A model generated the notes under the pieces. The model was not told the DNA's origin. It saw only the letters and a program-made list of their open reading frames with translations, and made no database searches. A stretch of 64,000 bases of DNA from a virus. Each line of letters opens with the position of its first letter. Within the stretch, counting starts at the first letter, position 1. Location: positions 1 through 64,000 of the IMG/VR virus record IMGVR_UViG_3300025133_005699; one strand, given 5' to 3'. Below, in pieces: positions 48,501 to 59,300 of this stretch. The translations under genes were made by a program, and so were the position numbers.

Positions 48501-51500
48501 TGGCTTTAATATATGTATGAAGGTTGACGATATTACAGATGGAAATAAGCCAATAATAGCTATTGCAAATACGGTATTCCCATATTTACCCAGTATTAGT
48601 AGAACGGCGGACGCTGCCCTGCAATCAATGCAGCAAGAATTAGATAGGCTTAAAAGGAGGGGGTATGAAGACGCAAACACTCAGAGCTTTATAGACAGAC
48701 ATACCAAAACGAATGAGTTTATTACAGACTTTCTTAGTGATGGAAGCGGAGAAGCTATAGATCTTGCCAGTATGGCTAGAAATGGATCAATTTTCATACA
48801 TAATTGTAACCAGCCGGTAAATACTCAGGAGTTAGACTACACGTTAAGAGTCTCCCGGATGGACGCTATCCCCGAAGACCCTCGACTTGGTTGGCTAAAT
48901 AAGAAATATCAAGGAAATTATTTTTATGAGTACAACTATTGGTATAGCGATCCCCCATCGATGATGTTTAGAGATGGGTCACTTCTTGTCGGCACAGATG
49001 AGGGTCGAATTAAAGTGTTTAAAGAGGAGTCTCTATCAACGCATAGATATAAAGCTAAACGGATGCAGAACTATCCGACTCAACACAGTAGGTTTATCAC
49101 CATTGGCGGCGTTGATTACCTTCTTCCAGAAAATAAAGCGGCTGGGGGCTTTGCGGGGGGTATGGATACGGGCCAGAGCATAATGGACGGCGATATGGGC
49201 GGTGATATGGGCGGCGGCATGGGCGGCGGCATGGGCGACAACAGCTATATACCAGACACACCCGTAGAGGGTTCGGGCTATAAGTATTTTACCGACGAAG
49301 AGAAAAAACACATGAAGAAAGGCTTCTGGGCGAATAACGGGATGCTCGGCGATAGCGGCACCTCCGAGGGGGATGTGGATTATCTCGATACGTGGGTATG
49401 GAACGCGGGCCCGGGTGGCTACGACTACATGATAGACAGCGGTGTAACTGGATGGGCCAGCCTCCAGAGCCTCCTCGACGCTGGGCATGGCAGAGAAAGT
49501 TATGCTCCCGCTGGTTTTGTACCAATGATAACGGAAGATGATAAACCGGCAGATTATGTTTCCGTTTATCGCAATTACTCTCACTACTATATCAATCCTA
49601 CTAGCGATGTTCTCACGACCCCTATTATGCCAGTGGGTGAACGTTTCATGCACACAGCAACCATATCCAAAGACAGGCACCCTGCTTATACTCTTGAGAA
49701 CCAGAAAGACCCAAGGGTTCTACCCAAAGACGAAAGGAATATATTACTTGGTCAGCCTTTTGGGTATCTATTTAGATGTGATAATGGACTTCTCGTTACT
49801 CACGGAGCTTCTTATACTAACGAGTTTGATATTGAGGGCAAGAGTCTAGCCCATAGGTTATATCTATACGAGGTAAATAAGGATGGGTTTTTTGACTTCT
49901 TCCAGAAGATAACTCCGGCTACTAGCAATATGGCCAATGGGCTTATTCCCACAAACGGCATTCAGAATAAATACAATAGAGATGGCAATACTACTAGATA
50001 TCGCACATTAGATATTCCAAAAGAATCTGTACCAAATTATGTCAATATCTTTCCCGAAGGATCTATAACTTTTGAAGAGAAGATAGAAGAAAGCAGAACA
50101 ATAGCATACCTAATGAAAAATATGTATGACGTTCTGTCTGGGATGGTGGTATTGATGACTCCTTACGGGAATGCCGTATTTAGCGATAGCGGAGCCTCTA
50201 AGAGCTATGATTTTATTAGCGACCACAGAAGCTCTCAGGTGTCTCCGTATTTCTCATTCACAGAAGAGTTTAATGCAAAAAATCCATATAACCTTAACAA
50301 TATGTACTCATATCGTGAGGGTCTTGGCATTGATTACCCCGCAAATATCTATGATGTAAATGATGAGCATAGCGGCCTATGTGCCTTCTATAACATAGAA
50401 ACCAGCTCATCACAATATAACTCAATTAGAATATTAAAAAGTGTAATATTTACAATTGATGTAGAAGAAAATACCACCCTTAAGGGTGCGGATGACTCTG
50501 ACATTGCACAAGTTTTGCCGATTTTAACATTCTATAAAGACGACCCTAGAAAGACAATAACACAAACGGCAGTTGCTGATGCGATGGGGGGCGGAACCAA
50601 GCTGCCTTATGGGCCTAATTCGGTTTACAATCCTAACTCGCCACACAGCCCTCTCTACGCCGATGGACTTCAAGATAGCGCAGCCCTAATAAAATATCCT
50701 ACTTATCGCAGAACCAGTGTTGCTGGAGATCAGGGTTGGCGCGCAACAGTAGTCATAGATGGGCCTACTCTGTCCGCTCTTTCCGCGCATGGGTCGTTAA
50801 TTAAGAATTCTAACGACAACAAGACTATTCTTTATAATGATGGAAATGGATATACAGATGGGTCTTACAGTCAAACGTTTGATGATGTAAACAAAGCTAG
50901 CTTTGATTCTAGGGCTCAGGTTGAAAGCACTTTAGTTGTAGGTCTGATGTCTCATAACACTCAAACTTCAGACTTTGACGGAATCTATAGAACGAAGTGG
51001 GTAGCTGGGGACGAGAATAAAGGAACGTGGGGTCAAGAACTTAACTATATCCCATACAGTAAGCCATTTGATATTTCCTCCAACGTGCACTCATTTATAA
51101 ATAAAGCTAAAATATCATCCGTTAAGCTTGCTTACAATGACTATGATCTTGGAGATATAAGGAGGTTTCGGTGTGCATCTTTCCGTGAGAATCAACACTC
51201 ACCATCTGTTTTTTTTACGCGCCTTGAGGGAAATGATGCTCCGACAAAATTTGCACAGCCGGGCACTGAAGGGTTTTTAAGAATGGGAAGATCTAAAACC
51301 CCTGCGCTTTTTGATATAGAAGGTACAGTTCTTGGTGGCACAAATAGTGAATCTATACAGATAGTACAATCTGCTAGTTATGATTTTTGGGGTGAATGGG
51401 CCGTTAATTACGTTGCGGATTACGTTAGTCACTCTTCAGATATTCAAAAACCAGAGTTCTTAAGTCTCTCAATATACTCTGCACCCCAAAGCTCTAAAAG

Positions 51501-54500
51501 CTTTAATATGTCAACATCTGGTCATGTTGTTTCTAGTGGATTGGCTCCTACTTACATAGGCGGTGTCGCGAGTCATTCTGATAGTATGCCACTCAAAATT
51601 GGATCTACTCCAGCTGTGAATTATCTGGGGTTATCTCTTCCTGTTCCGCTTGGATTTAGATGTGGCGGAACATCTCTGTTTACCCCAACAGCATTTGGTA
51701 ACACCATAGTTAGCGGTATGTCGGCTCAATTTCCGGGCGGAACTGGCGTAAATAAAGGTGTGGCGCTATCTGTAGGTATGCCTTATAGTAGTGGAGGAAT
51801 GAGGCTTGCAATGGGTCAGCCACATTTAGGTAGTGGCAATATGAATGTTGCAATGTCTGGAGTGTATGGCTCCTATAATAGCATACCATGCATAGAGGGG
51901 AATTTATATCTTAACGCTACTCATGTCGATAACGCCAATATACCTTTAAACTTAGGTAGGCTTTCAGATAGTGGAAATATGCCACTATACATGAGAACAC
52001 CAGACCCTGCGTCCGGAGTCATGAACCTAACCATTAATACAGAACCATTTAATAGCAATAACGCTTCATATCCATCTGGGCTTCATCTTCACCAAAAGGG
52101 GTTTGCAGAAAAGACAGCAAATACAAGCCTGTATATTGGTGAGCAGGCTAGTGCGGGCTCTGCACCTCTGTTCTTAATGCAGCCACACAGGCTTCCGTTT
52201 ATAGACCCACAGTCACCGCCAACATTTGAGGGTGATGACACAATGCAGATACCCAATCTTTATGTGTCTGGAGCCGCTGTTCCTACTGCTAATAGTTTAG
52301 ATGATAATTTTCATCATCAAAAACAGATCGTTCGGGAAAATTCACAGCTTGACTATAGCTCTAACGCAGAGTCTATTATTTCTTACAATAGCTCGAACTC
52401 TCTATCTAGGAATGCATTTATTCCAAACGGGTCACATGACTATGGCGTAAAAAGGATTTCTAAAGTCGGAAGCAGTCTAGAAAGCTATAACGGGTTGGGC
52501 ACAACCTCTTTCTATAACAATGAAATGTCTAGGCAGGCAATAGATTCAAATGGAACATATTTAGCGGTTGGCACGAATTCTAGCCTCGTGTCCAATATGC
52601 CACCTTTGCAGATTTTTAATATTTTAGATGAAAGCTCTGTCAAGTTAGCATATACATACACTGAGTTTAAGGAAGACCTTGTAGATTTGAGCATTTCTAA
52701 TGCTAGTGAGGTTATGTTTTATTATAAAGACGTTAAGATCTCACCAGAAAATAAAATAGCAGTTTCCGTAAGGGCTCAGTTTAATGAGTATATTTCTGAT
52801 ATGATATTCATATTAGAGGAAAAAGCGTTCGATAGATTATCAACAACAAAAAATGCTTTTGATGAGTGCGCAATAAAGCCTCAAAAAAGACTTAACGTTA
52901 CCATCGAATCTTTCAAGAGGTGGAAAATCACATCAGCATTTACTTCTAGCTCTTGGAAAAAAACGACCAGCGTAGATAAGATTCTGAATAGGGTTATGGG
53001 CGAATCTATATCTTGGAAGGGTGAAGACCTATACTACGGAAAACAAAGTACGCGGTTTGCCAATATTTACGCTAGGTATGAATCGGATGATTATGCAACA
53101 GAAAACAAAGCGTTTGGATTCAACCAGACGCGCGACGCTGCGGGATACAACAGCAATATAAACAATATACCAGCAGGAACAAAAACTGGATTTGGATCAA
53201 AAATTCAGCTTGCGGGAGACTTCGCTTTTGTTGGTGCTCCACTGCTCGACCCATACATTGCAAACAATAATCTTTCTGCTGTTAATGCCGCATCGCCAGA
53301 TGGAGCCGTTTACATATTCAAATATGATAGTGGGTGGTCGTATGTTGATGCAATTTATAGTGGCGGATTAATCTCTTCTGCTATTGCAGGAGTGGATAGT
53401 TGTGCTTATGATGCAAAACTGTTTGGTTATGATTTAGATTATGATTCTAAGTCTGGATACCTATCTGTGGGTGAACCAATGTCTAATACAGTATATCAGT
53501 TTAATATCAACGCTGCGGGAACGCCTTCGCTATTGAATTCTTACTCTAGTACAGACAGCAAGTTTGGAACTTTTGTTAATTCTGTATCGGCAGGACTGAT
53601 AACAAATACAAAGTCTAAAATACAAGATGTAGTATATTCTCAAGATTTTGAGTTCTCAACAGAAGAAATAGAATCCGAAATTCAGCAATATGTACCCGGC
53701 ATCAATGTTATAAACAGCGTTTCTCACGAGATAGTGTCAGTCCAGAAGGCTACCCTTATCGGTGAAGAAAAGCTATTGGTGACGCGAGATTTTGAGGTCA
53801 ATTACGGTGCTGGAAGAATCAAGAAAATACAAAAGATATCACTCTTGGACCTGCGAGATATAAACGGCACGCTGTATATCTCTGGCCCATCACCCGTTTC
53901 TGATTCACTAAACCTAAGTGTTCTCATTCCTTCGGGAGGGGCTACTGGAGATTTAGGTATAACATTCGGGTCAATCGGGACTGGCGTCGCGATGCCATTA
54001 CATCTAACTAATTATATTGGTAGTGGAGAAGCTCCTCTATATATGAGGGCACCATTACAGCATCCTCAAACCCTCTATATGAGCGCTGACTTTACACCGG
54101 CTACATCAGAGTCTTCATTAGTTACGGCAGGGCCACTTTATGCTAGCAACGCTTCTGATCTTAGTATTGAGGGCAAAACTGCTCGGGACTTGTCTTCCTC
54201 AGTATTTGTTCTTGGGGGAAGAGAAGGGGGCGGAGGAATGGCTCAAATGGGCGTGAATATGAGGATTGCTCAGGTTGATCTTTATCCTACATCTGGCCAG
54301 CAAGATGTTTTAATTACTGGTATCGGACATGGAACCGGAAATATCACGGGCAGTCCTTCTCTTTGGCTTGGTGCTGGGGATTATGGGCCTGCTAGCGGAA
54401 CAACCTTCATGAGAATGGAAGCACCTCCATCGGCAGAGGTTAGTGCTTCTAAAGGCTTGGCAATCATTACAGATCCCGCGTCGGGAGTAGCTGAGAACAC

Positions 54501-54822
54501 AGCCACCCTAATGATGCCTAACACACAAACTATTGAGGTAAACCCCACCATACTAAGAGAGGCTCAACCTCTACATATAATTTCTTATGTTCAAAGCTCT
54601 GGAAATAAGAATCTGGTTGTATGGAGAGAAGGTGTTGGTGGAGGAACAGAGGCAGAGGCAGATACTAGCCTAACGCTAACCAGTATTACATCAGCATCGG
54701 GCGTAAATGTGTATATGTCAGGGGGATATATATCTACAAACACAGCAAGTCTTACACTTCCAGAGGTTTACACGACACCTAGTGGAGATCCAGATTTGTT
54801 CATAAGAGGTTATAGCGAGTAA
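45559..54822 (+). CDS. Giant tail-tip/adhesin-like protein, 3087 aa, with FG-GAP-like propeller motifs and beta-strand repeats
   Basis: GFGSKIQLAGDFAFVGAP..DGAVYIF, LFGYDLD, FGQAIDI; periodic PLYM/TLYI-type strands; coupled to TMP stop (TAATG). Confidence 0.65.
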   Translation: MATKSLHIQNDQTDDAGVYQRNRGADLFMEAPGGIQQFTNFDAKVTSYNNSGNEVKAGFFDSPYRYREVFRTYGNATNMPFEYENGQYSPSDIKILDDIAIVAYKEHSQSVYTVNQELEGGHVIIKVTYEKTGEKVEAFRSVDLNSGLVIPDLGTAARNLTEFTGSNEIPGTNAGINAGYSIQPIGDVADALGIGPTTESGSTGPCADGLVGDTWTWNMSEEEPGWTITSPGECAAAGCGSLPPAYEGGSDLETGVGRCGVDDTIVYDPFVSDDDIPKKVNEGVQGCAGPTMPADALENKDSAIFFSQVKNKKGEIIDVLQGLVVDFTHGSTPDDATLLSLKSMSNANLIWVDECSADYVTYYYKVPVPLSGYYYQYGQKTQCGRVDIFERRSGTITAVDGNKITVTGPTGDGEFDIHLLNDYDRIKIVSGVNETKKDHPHPINGIKYVKRLPDLYNSETEKYDIPVDNQYYIYDDENLTMETETSSLRGTDGLLWAFQPDDPNSRTAMPWSTAGSNKGAVGVWRYKQTLFSPHGLNGDGVISRGTTPYINAMGIAPISDYGGGYDGAMEDDIERVSDIRNAMHLMAWGYRFGQAIDIIKQPGTDYYWLAISELGNIANADSGMTYFGEIQTVTGMSPVVNVPTYDEEGKINGYIKRGIGLQAAIDFGLDPTTKGLATIFINHETGKYDQSIDWNNIGNYSYGGFEDDIKSAKKGITTTIVSPFGYQSVPPLSKGYGKVWLYKVSMNSADSAIQAIETPEEINAGTRNGHVSSTSVFTRRLMDVFATVGGLYWFRAWISNLKAGLTGSPKHFKTHRSNVNTGSFGTTASDQIHYNFGYPERWAPSWIDGDEDEYGNPGGFDSGTGADLPDGGMMGGMGMGGDGMGGDGMGGDGMGGDGGDGVEPVSRSAGTNLLFVKSQKFVAELITYQEEFSKTWGDSDGGVDLFREWVIPYYRTNESPFHPYQTSMNAMTNGFKFADGFGFNICMKVDDITDGNKPIIAIANTVFPYLPSISRTADAALQSMQQELDRLKRRGYEDANTQSFIDRHTKTNEFITDFLSDGSGEAIDLASMARNGSIFIHNCNQPVNTQELDYTLRVSRMDAIPEDPRLGWLNKKYQGNYFYEYNYWYSDPPSMMFRDGSLLVGTDEGRIKVFKEESLSTHRYKAKRMQNYPTQHSRFITIGGVDYLLPENKAAGGFAGGMDTGQSIMDGDMGGDMGGGMGGGMGDNSYIPDTPVEGSGYKYFTDEEKKHMKKGFWANNGMLGDSGTSEGDVDYLDTWVWNAGPGGYDYMIDSGVTGWASLQSLLDAGHGRESYAPAGFVPMITEDDKPADYVSVYRNYSHYYINPTSDVLTTPIMPVGERFMHTATISKDRHPAYTLENQKDPRVLPKDERNILLGQPFGYLFRCDNGLLVTHGASYTNEFDIEGKSLAHRLYLYEVNKDGFFDFFQKITPATSNMANGLIPTNGIQNKYNRDGNTTRYRTLDIPKESVPNYVNIFPEGSITFEEKIEESRTIAYLMKNMYDVLSGMVVLMTPYGNAVFSDSGASKSYDFISDHRSSQVSPYFSFTEEFNAKNPYNLNNMYSYREGLGIDYPANIYDVNDEHSGLCAFYNIETSSSQYNSIRILKSVIFTIDVEENTTLKGADDSDIAQVLPILTFYKDDPRKTITQTAVADAMGGGTKLPYGPNSVYNPNSPHSPLYADGLQDSAALIKYPTYRRTSVAGDQGWRATVVIDGPTLSALSAHGSLIKNSNDNKTILYNDGNGYTDGSYSQTFDDVNKASFDSRAQVESTLVVGLMSHNTQTSDFDGIYRTKWVAGDENKGTWGQELNYIPYSKPFDISSNVHSFINKAKISSVKLAYNDYDLGDIRRFRCASFRENQHSPSVFFTRLEGNDAPTKFAQPGTEGFLRMGRSKTPALFDIEGTVLGGTNSESIQIVQSASYDFWGEWAVNYVADYVSHSSDIQKPEFLSLSIYSAPQSSKSFNMSTSGHVVSSGLAPTYIGGVASHSDSMPLKIGSTPAVNYLGLSLPVPLGFRCGGTSLFTPTAFGNTIVSGMSAQFPGGTGVNKGVALSVGMPYSSGGMRLAMGQPHLGSGNMNVAMSGVYGSYNSIPCIEGNLYLNATHVDNANIPLNLGRLSDSGNMPLYMRTPDPASGVMNLTINTEPFNSNNASYPSGLHLHQKGFAEKTANTSLYIGEQASAGSAPLFLMQPHRLPFIDPQSPPTFEGDDTMQIPNLYVSGAAVPTANSLDDNFHHQKQIVRENSQLDYSSNAESIISYNSSNSLSRNAFIPNGSHDYGVKRISKVGSSLESYNGLGTTSFYNNEMSRQAIDSNGTYLAVGTNSSLVSNMPPLQIFNILDESSVKLAYTYTEFKEDLVDLSISNASEVMFYYKDVKISPENKIAVSVRAQFNEYISDMIFILEEKAFDRLSTTKNAFDECAIKPQKRLNVTIESFKRWKITSAFTSSSWKKTTSVDKILNRVMGESISWKGEDLYYGKQSTRFANIYARYESDDYATENKAFGFNQTRDAAGYNSNINNIPAGTKTGFGSKIQLAGDFAFVGAPLLDPYIANNNLSAVNAASPDGAVYIFKYDSGWSYVDAIYSGGLISSAIAGVDSCAYDAKLFGYDLDYDSKSGYLSVGEPMSNTVYQFNINAAGTPSLLNSYSSTDSKFGTFVNSVSAGLITNTKSKIQDVVYSQDFEFSTEEIESEIQQYVPGINVINSVSHEIVSVQKATLIGEEKLLVTRDFEVNYGAGRIKKIQKISLLDLRDINGTLYISGPSPVSDSLNLSVLIPSGGATGDLGITFGSIGTGVAMPLHLTNYIGSGEAPLYMRAPLQHPQTLYMSADFTPATSESSLVTAGPLYASNASDLSIEGKTARDLSSSVFVLGGREGGGGMAQMGVNMRIAQVDLYPTSGQQDVLITGIGHGTGNITGSPSLWLGAGDYGPASGTTFMRMEAPPSAEVSASKGLAIITDPASGVAENTATLMMPNTQTIEVNPTILREAQPLHIISYVQSSGNKNLVVWREGVGGGTEAEADTSLTLTSITSASGVNVYMSGGYISTNTASLTLPEVYTTPSGDPDLFIRGYSE
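48190..48249 (+). repeat. Four perfect 15-bp tandem repeats GGTATGGGCGGTGAC encoding (GMGGD)4
   Basis: Read directly from sequence. Confidence 0.95.
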
Positions 54823-54833
54823 GGAGTTAATTT

Positions 54834-56309
54834 ATGGCAGTTACATTTAATCCAGTTGGGGGAGACTCAATCACAATCGGCGGTACAGCCGCTACGGGGC
54901 CTTTCCCTAAATATTCAGTTTCTACCGAAAGGGTAGAGGCGTCGGACGGCACCCTTATAGATATGACATACAGCATATCTGTAACTGGTCAGATTATAGC
55001 TAGTGGAGACATGGTAGATGCTGGTGCCAGACAGGATAGTTTACATGAAGCAATGATAGCTAAACTAGTAGCTATGGAAAATGATATTCCTGTTGGAACT
55101 CTGGAAATAGTTGCCTATGGTGGGCGCGCAAATGTTTTGAATTTTAATGACGCAACACTCACAAGTATAAGCTTTGGTGAACAAGATGACGACACCGCCG
55201 GAACTCAAGTTGGGGATTATACTTTTGAGTTTACCGCCCATAAAAGAAGTTCTACTAAAACTGGTAGTTCGTACAGTCTAGCCAGTGCAGAAGAGAGTTG
55301 GGATATATCTGAGAACGCTGAGCGATATTACGCAAGTAATGATTTCACCAACCTTCCTAGCAAGACTTATACTATAACCCACACAGTAAGTGCTGCCGGA
55401 TATAACAAAGTTACAGATACTACGTTTAATGATTCTGGATGGGCTCAAGCTAAAGACTGGGTTCTCAGTAGGTTGGTTACTACTCCCGCAACAACTATCA
55501 CACAAAGTGTTGCAGGACAAGACAGGTTCACGGATTTTCAGGGAATCTACATGGGCGAAAGCTCTAGCGACTTTATTGACCTAAGCACCGATAGCGCATA
55601 CAACCATAGTCGAGTGGCGCAGTCAGACCTTCCCGGCGGCTCATATTCTGTTACAGAAACATGGTACATATCTAAACTCGCGGTCACGCATGATTTTGAT
55701 ATGTCGTTAGATACGGGAGAAGATGGAGTAACCAATATTACAGTTAATGGTAGCATACAGGGGCTTAACACATCTTCTTTTGCTACAAGATCTGAAGATA
55801 AAATTACACAGGCGGAGGGCGTTCTTGATAATTGTTTAACTCAGGCTTATGGGTTAGCAAATACCTTTTATCAAGCAACTATTACGTCTGCTACACCTCT
55901 TAGTACCTCAGAAATGTCTAAAAGTGTATCTAAAAATAGAACAACTGGTGTTATAACCTATAGTTTAAGCTATAATGATAATGAGTTAGAGTCAGATGAT
56001 ACAATAACTGAAAGTCTTCAAATTTCAGACGATAACGAAGATCGGTCAAACAATGTTGTTGCCATAATACAAATTATAGGTAAAACTGATGGCCCTATTT
56101 TTCAGAATATGGGAACAACCACTGAAAGGAAAAGGAGTGCAAGCTTGGAATGGACAATGAAAAGAGCTAATAGGAGCAGTAAGCCCTCTGCGGATGCTCT
56201 CGCTGCTGTTAATGCGTATAAACCTACAGGAGCGTATCAGCTGAGTAAGTCAGAAAGTTGGACACCCTCAACTGGCGGATATTCTTTATCAATAGAATGG
56301 ACATATTAG
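54834..56309 (+). CDS. Distal tail/baseplate-type protein
   Basis: Ser/Thr-rich beta protein, 491 aa, repeated YSxTExW-like strands; AAGGAG SD. Confidence 0.5.
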   Translation: MAVTFNPVGGDSITIGGTAATGPFPKYSVSTERVEASDGTLIDMTYSISVTGQIIASGDMVDAGARQDSLHEAMIAKLVAMENDIPVGTLEIVAYGGRANVLNFNDATLTSISFGEQDDDTAGTQVGDYTFEFTAHKRSSTKTGSSYSLASAEESWDISENAERYYASNDFTNLPSKTYTITHTVSAAGYNKVTDTTFNDSGWAQAKDWVLSRLVTTPATTITQSVAGQDRFTDFQGIYMGESSSDFIDLSTDSAYNHSRVAQSDLPGGSYSVTETWYISKLAVTHDFDMSLDTGEDGVTNITVNGSIQGLNTSSFATRSEDKITQAEGVLDNCLTQAYGLANTFYQATITSATPLSTSEMSKSVSKNRTTGVITYSLSYNDNELESDDTITESLQISDDNEDRSNNVVAIIQIIGKTDGPIFQNMGTTTERKRSASLEWTMKRANRSSKPSADALAAVNAYKPTGAYQLSKSESWTPSTGGYSLSIEWTY

Positions 56310-56310
56310 C

Positions 56311-59300
56311 ATGGTACAATTAACAGAGCCTTTAAAAATGTTCGGCGTATACGTCGAATCTTTTACGTCGTCGGTTGGATATGGCGCGGAATCCAGCACT
56401 ATGCAGATGACCCTCGTAGAAGATCCAGACGATAACATTACAATAAAGCACTCTCTTGATGGTGGAGCTACATTTGTAGATGGGTTTCCAGAGGTTGGCA
56501 CAGTGTGCCAGTTTGCTTTTGAGGGGTTTGAGTTTGTAGGTATATTCCAGAGGTATAACTATTCTGAGTCTACTGGTGGTAGAAAGTATGACGTAACTTT
56601 TGAGTCTCCATCTAAAATTCTTGATGGCGTACAGGTTATATTGAGTGGGTTTGAGGGTACTGGATTTTGGGATAAACCATTTTACCCTTCTACTGATTGG
56701 AATTTCACTAGCCAACTTAACAATGTTTATAACCCCTTTGGTATTAAAGAAAACTACACTTGGGGAGGAACGTTTGGCTATTCTGATTATAACTCAGCTG
56801 GCTTTCCTGTCGTAGACGACCCAAACCAAACAGGGTTGGCGGCTAAGGGTCTCCTCACCATGATAGAGGAGATATCTCAGTCTAAGTATACTTACGACAA
56901 TCCAAACGGAGCCGCGATACATACTTCAGTTAACTCTAGCGGTGAAGAGCTGATAGGTGGGCCCATATGTTATGGCGACAGTAAATTTGTCATAGACTTT
57001 GGAAATCTAAAAACTATTGTGCCGGATTTCTTCAGGCTAAAGGGGCCCACCAAAAGTATAAATGCTATACTTCAAGAGTGCTGTGAATTGATTGTTCATG
57101 ATTATGTTACGATCATAGACCCTGTATATACTCAGGTACAAACAGGGTATAGCGTTGCCCGCCCCACTAGCTTTGCTCCCGGTGTTCCGCAGGGTCAATA
57201 CAAAAAGGTTATTAGAAATGGAGTAGTTCCAATTCAATATGATGTAAATGGTAACGTCACAGGGCCGGTAATATCATTTAAGTACTTAGATAAGTCTGAG
57301 CAGCCCAGACCGGGCGTTGTCGCAGACCTTGTTGCGGCGGCAAAACAAAACGATACTCTTATTTCTGCTAATAATGGTCAGGAATATGCTGATGTCGTTA
57401 CACAAAAAATGATTATTGGAGATCAAGCTACTCGCGTATGGGAAGCGGGTATGGAATATCTTATTCCCGTATATGGAAAAGATCTTAACGGTAACTGGCT
57501 AGTAGGAACGGGGTTTGGCGATCAAGATTTCGCTCCAGTGGCGCTCGGTAATGGTGGAGTGTATCAGGCTCGTATTCAGGAGTTTAGGTCTGCAATGTCG
57601 GGATTTGAGCAGTGGCAATTATATCATGAGCTAGGGGGATTTTATGGGTATAGCAATGTGGGCAACCCTCTTTACGGTTCAATAGCTATGGGTACTTCGG
57701 CAGCTATGAGCGCCTTTCTCCAAAACACGATGCCGGGTGGCGCTGTCTTACCCGGCTTTAATGGAGATTGGCATAGAAGGATGTTAATGGATGGGAGGGG
57801 GGCAGCTTCAGAAGGCGCGGGTCGCGGTCAGCAAAAAGAGATATTTGACGCGGTTTTAAATGCGGCTACAAACTATTGGGGTAAGACATACTTTGTATTG
57901 CTCCCCGTAGAGCCGGGCGGCTATGATAACAATATTAGATATAAGAATGCATTTGAAACAGAAGCAGCTTGGGAAATAACTGATGCTGGCTGGGACCCTG
58001 ATTTTCGTGTTAAAGACATAAGTATGTATAATGATGAGGGCGCACTAAAAGCTTGCGCCGGATATTATCCCTCTATTTCATCAGGCAGAACAAGTGCAGC
58101 CAAGATGAAAGATTTTGGGAATATAGAAAAAACTGTACCTTATACACTTCCCGGATCTACCACACTAGTAGGGTCAGAGATAAAGGTTGATAAGCAGATC
58201 TACTGGATGAATAATCCATACCATCAGAATAATAATAATCCATATGATGATGTAAGTGCTATGGTACATATAGAGTGCCCACAAGTATGGGAATTTGACC
58301 CTAATGCAAGCGAAAAGGCTGCTTTAGATTCCACGATGGGGCTCGGGGCATTCTCGGCTGCATTCCTGCACACTCCCGGGTGGGGGGGAAGTATCGATGT
58401 AGAGGGTGAGCAATACTGGCTGGAGGTGGAAAATCCGGATACTGGCAATAAGACAACGGAATACTACAACACATCTAGCTATTCATCATTTGAAAACGAG
58501 ATGATGGCAATGAGATATTCGCCAAGGGTTGTTAGGCCTTTTAAGGTTTCAATTCCTCAAAAGAGCAATCGCTATAGCTGGGGTCCTTGGTATAGGTTTA
58601 GCACTAAAATAGGTAAGGCTGAGGTAGAACAAAACAGTCAGTTAAAACCTGAAACATTTGGAAGTAGAGCGCTTTTAGATAAAGCCGGTGCGGCTTTAAC
58701 TTATGCTGGAACTGCTGATTTATATGCTTCTGAGTCTGGGTCTGTTGATTTAGCTGAATTCCCACAATACAACATTGCAGATAGGTTTGACACAAACGGC
58801 CCATATATTACAAAGATGGATGTCTCCGTTGGTACGGGTGGGATTACTACAAAATATCAGTTCTCTACATGGACTAGGAATTTTGGTAAGATAGCTAAGT
58901 ATAATATTGACCGAATAGCGAAGATAAACAAAGATAAAATTAAGGCCCAGAAAGAGGGAACTGTCGCTCGGTTTAGCACTAATCAAAAGAGCTCTGTAAA
59001 TGCATTACAGCAGCATGCCAATGTCCTTAATCCCATAGATACAAACTTCATGAGTGGACTTCAGGTTCCTGCTCTTCCCGCTGGCGGCGCTAACTCCAAT
59101 TCGCTTGGGTCAACTGTTATGTCTATGTCTACAAAAAATGCGGCGTCTTTACATTTTTCTTCTGGTCGAGGTGTTAGCTTTCACGGCAAGAATGCGCCCA
59201 GTTATAATTTTAGCTTTGGATGTACTCCCGAGCAGCTATGGTCTCCGGTCGGTATAAGAAAAGCACCCACCGAGGGAAAAGATCCGCAAGGCAATCCAGA

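Noticed and set aside
54708-54715. Intragenic TGTGTATA upstream of 54834
   Set aside because: Lacks the T at the conserved downstream position and the upstream T run; not counted, though it cannot be excluded
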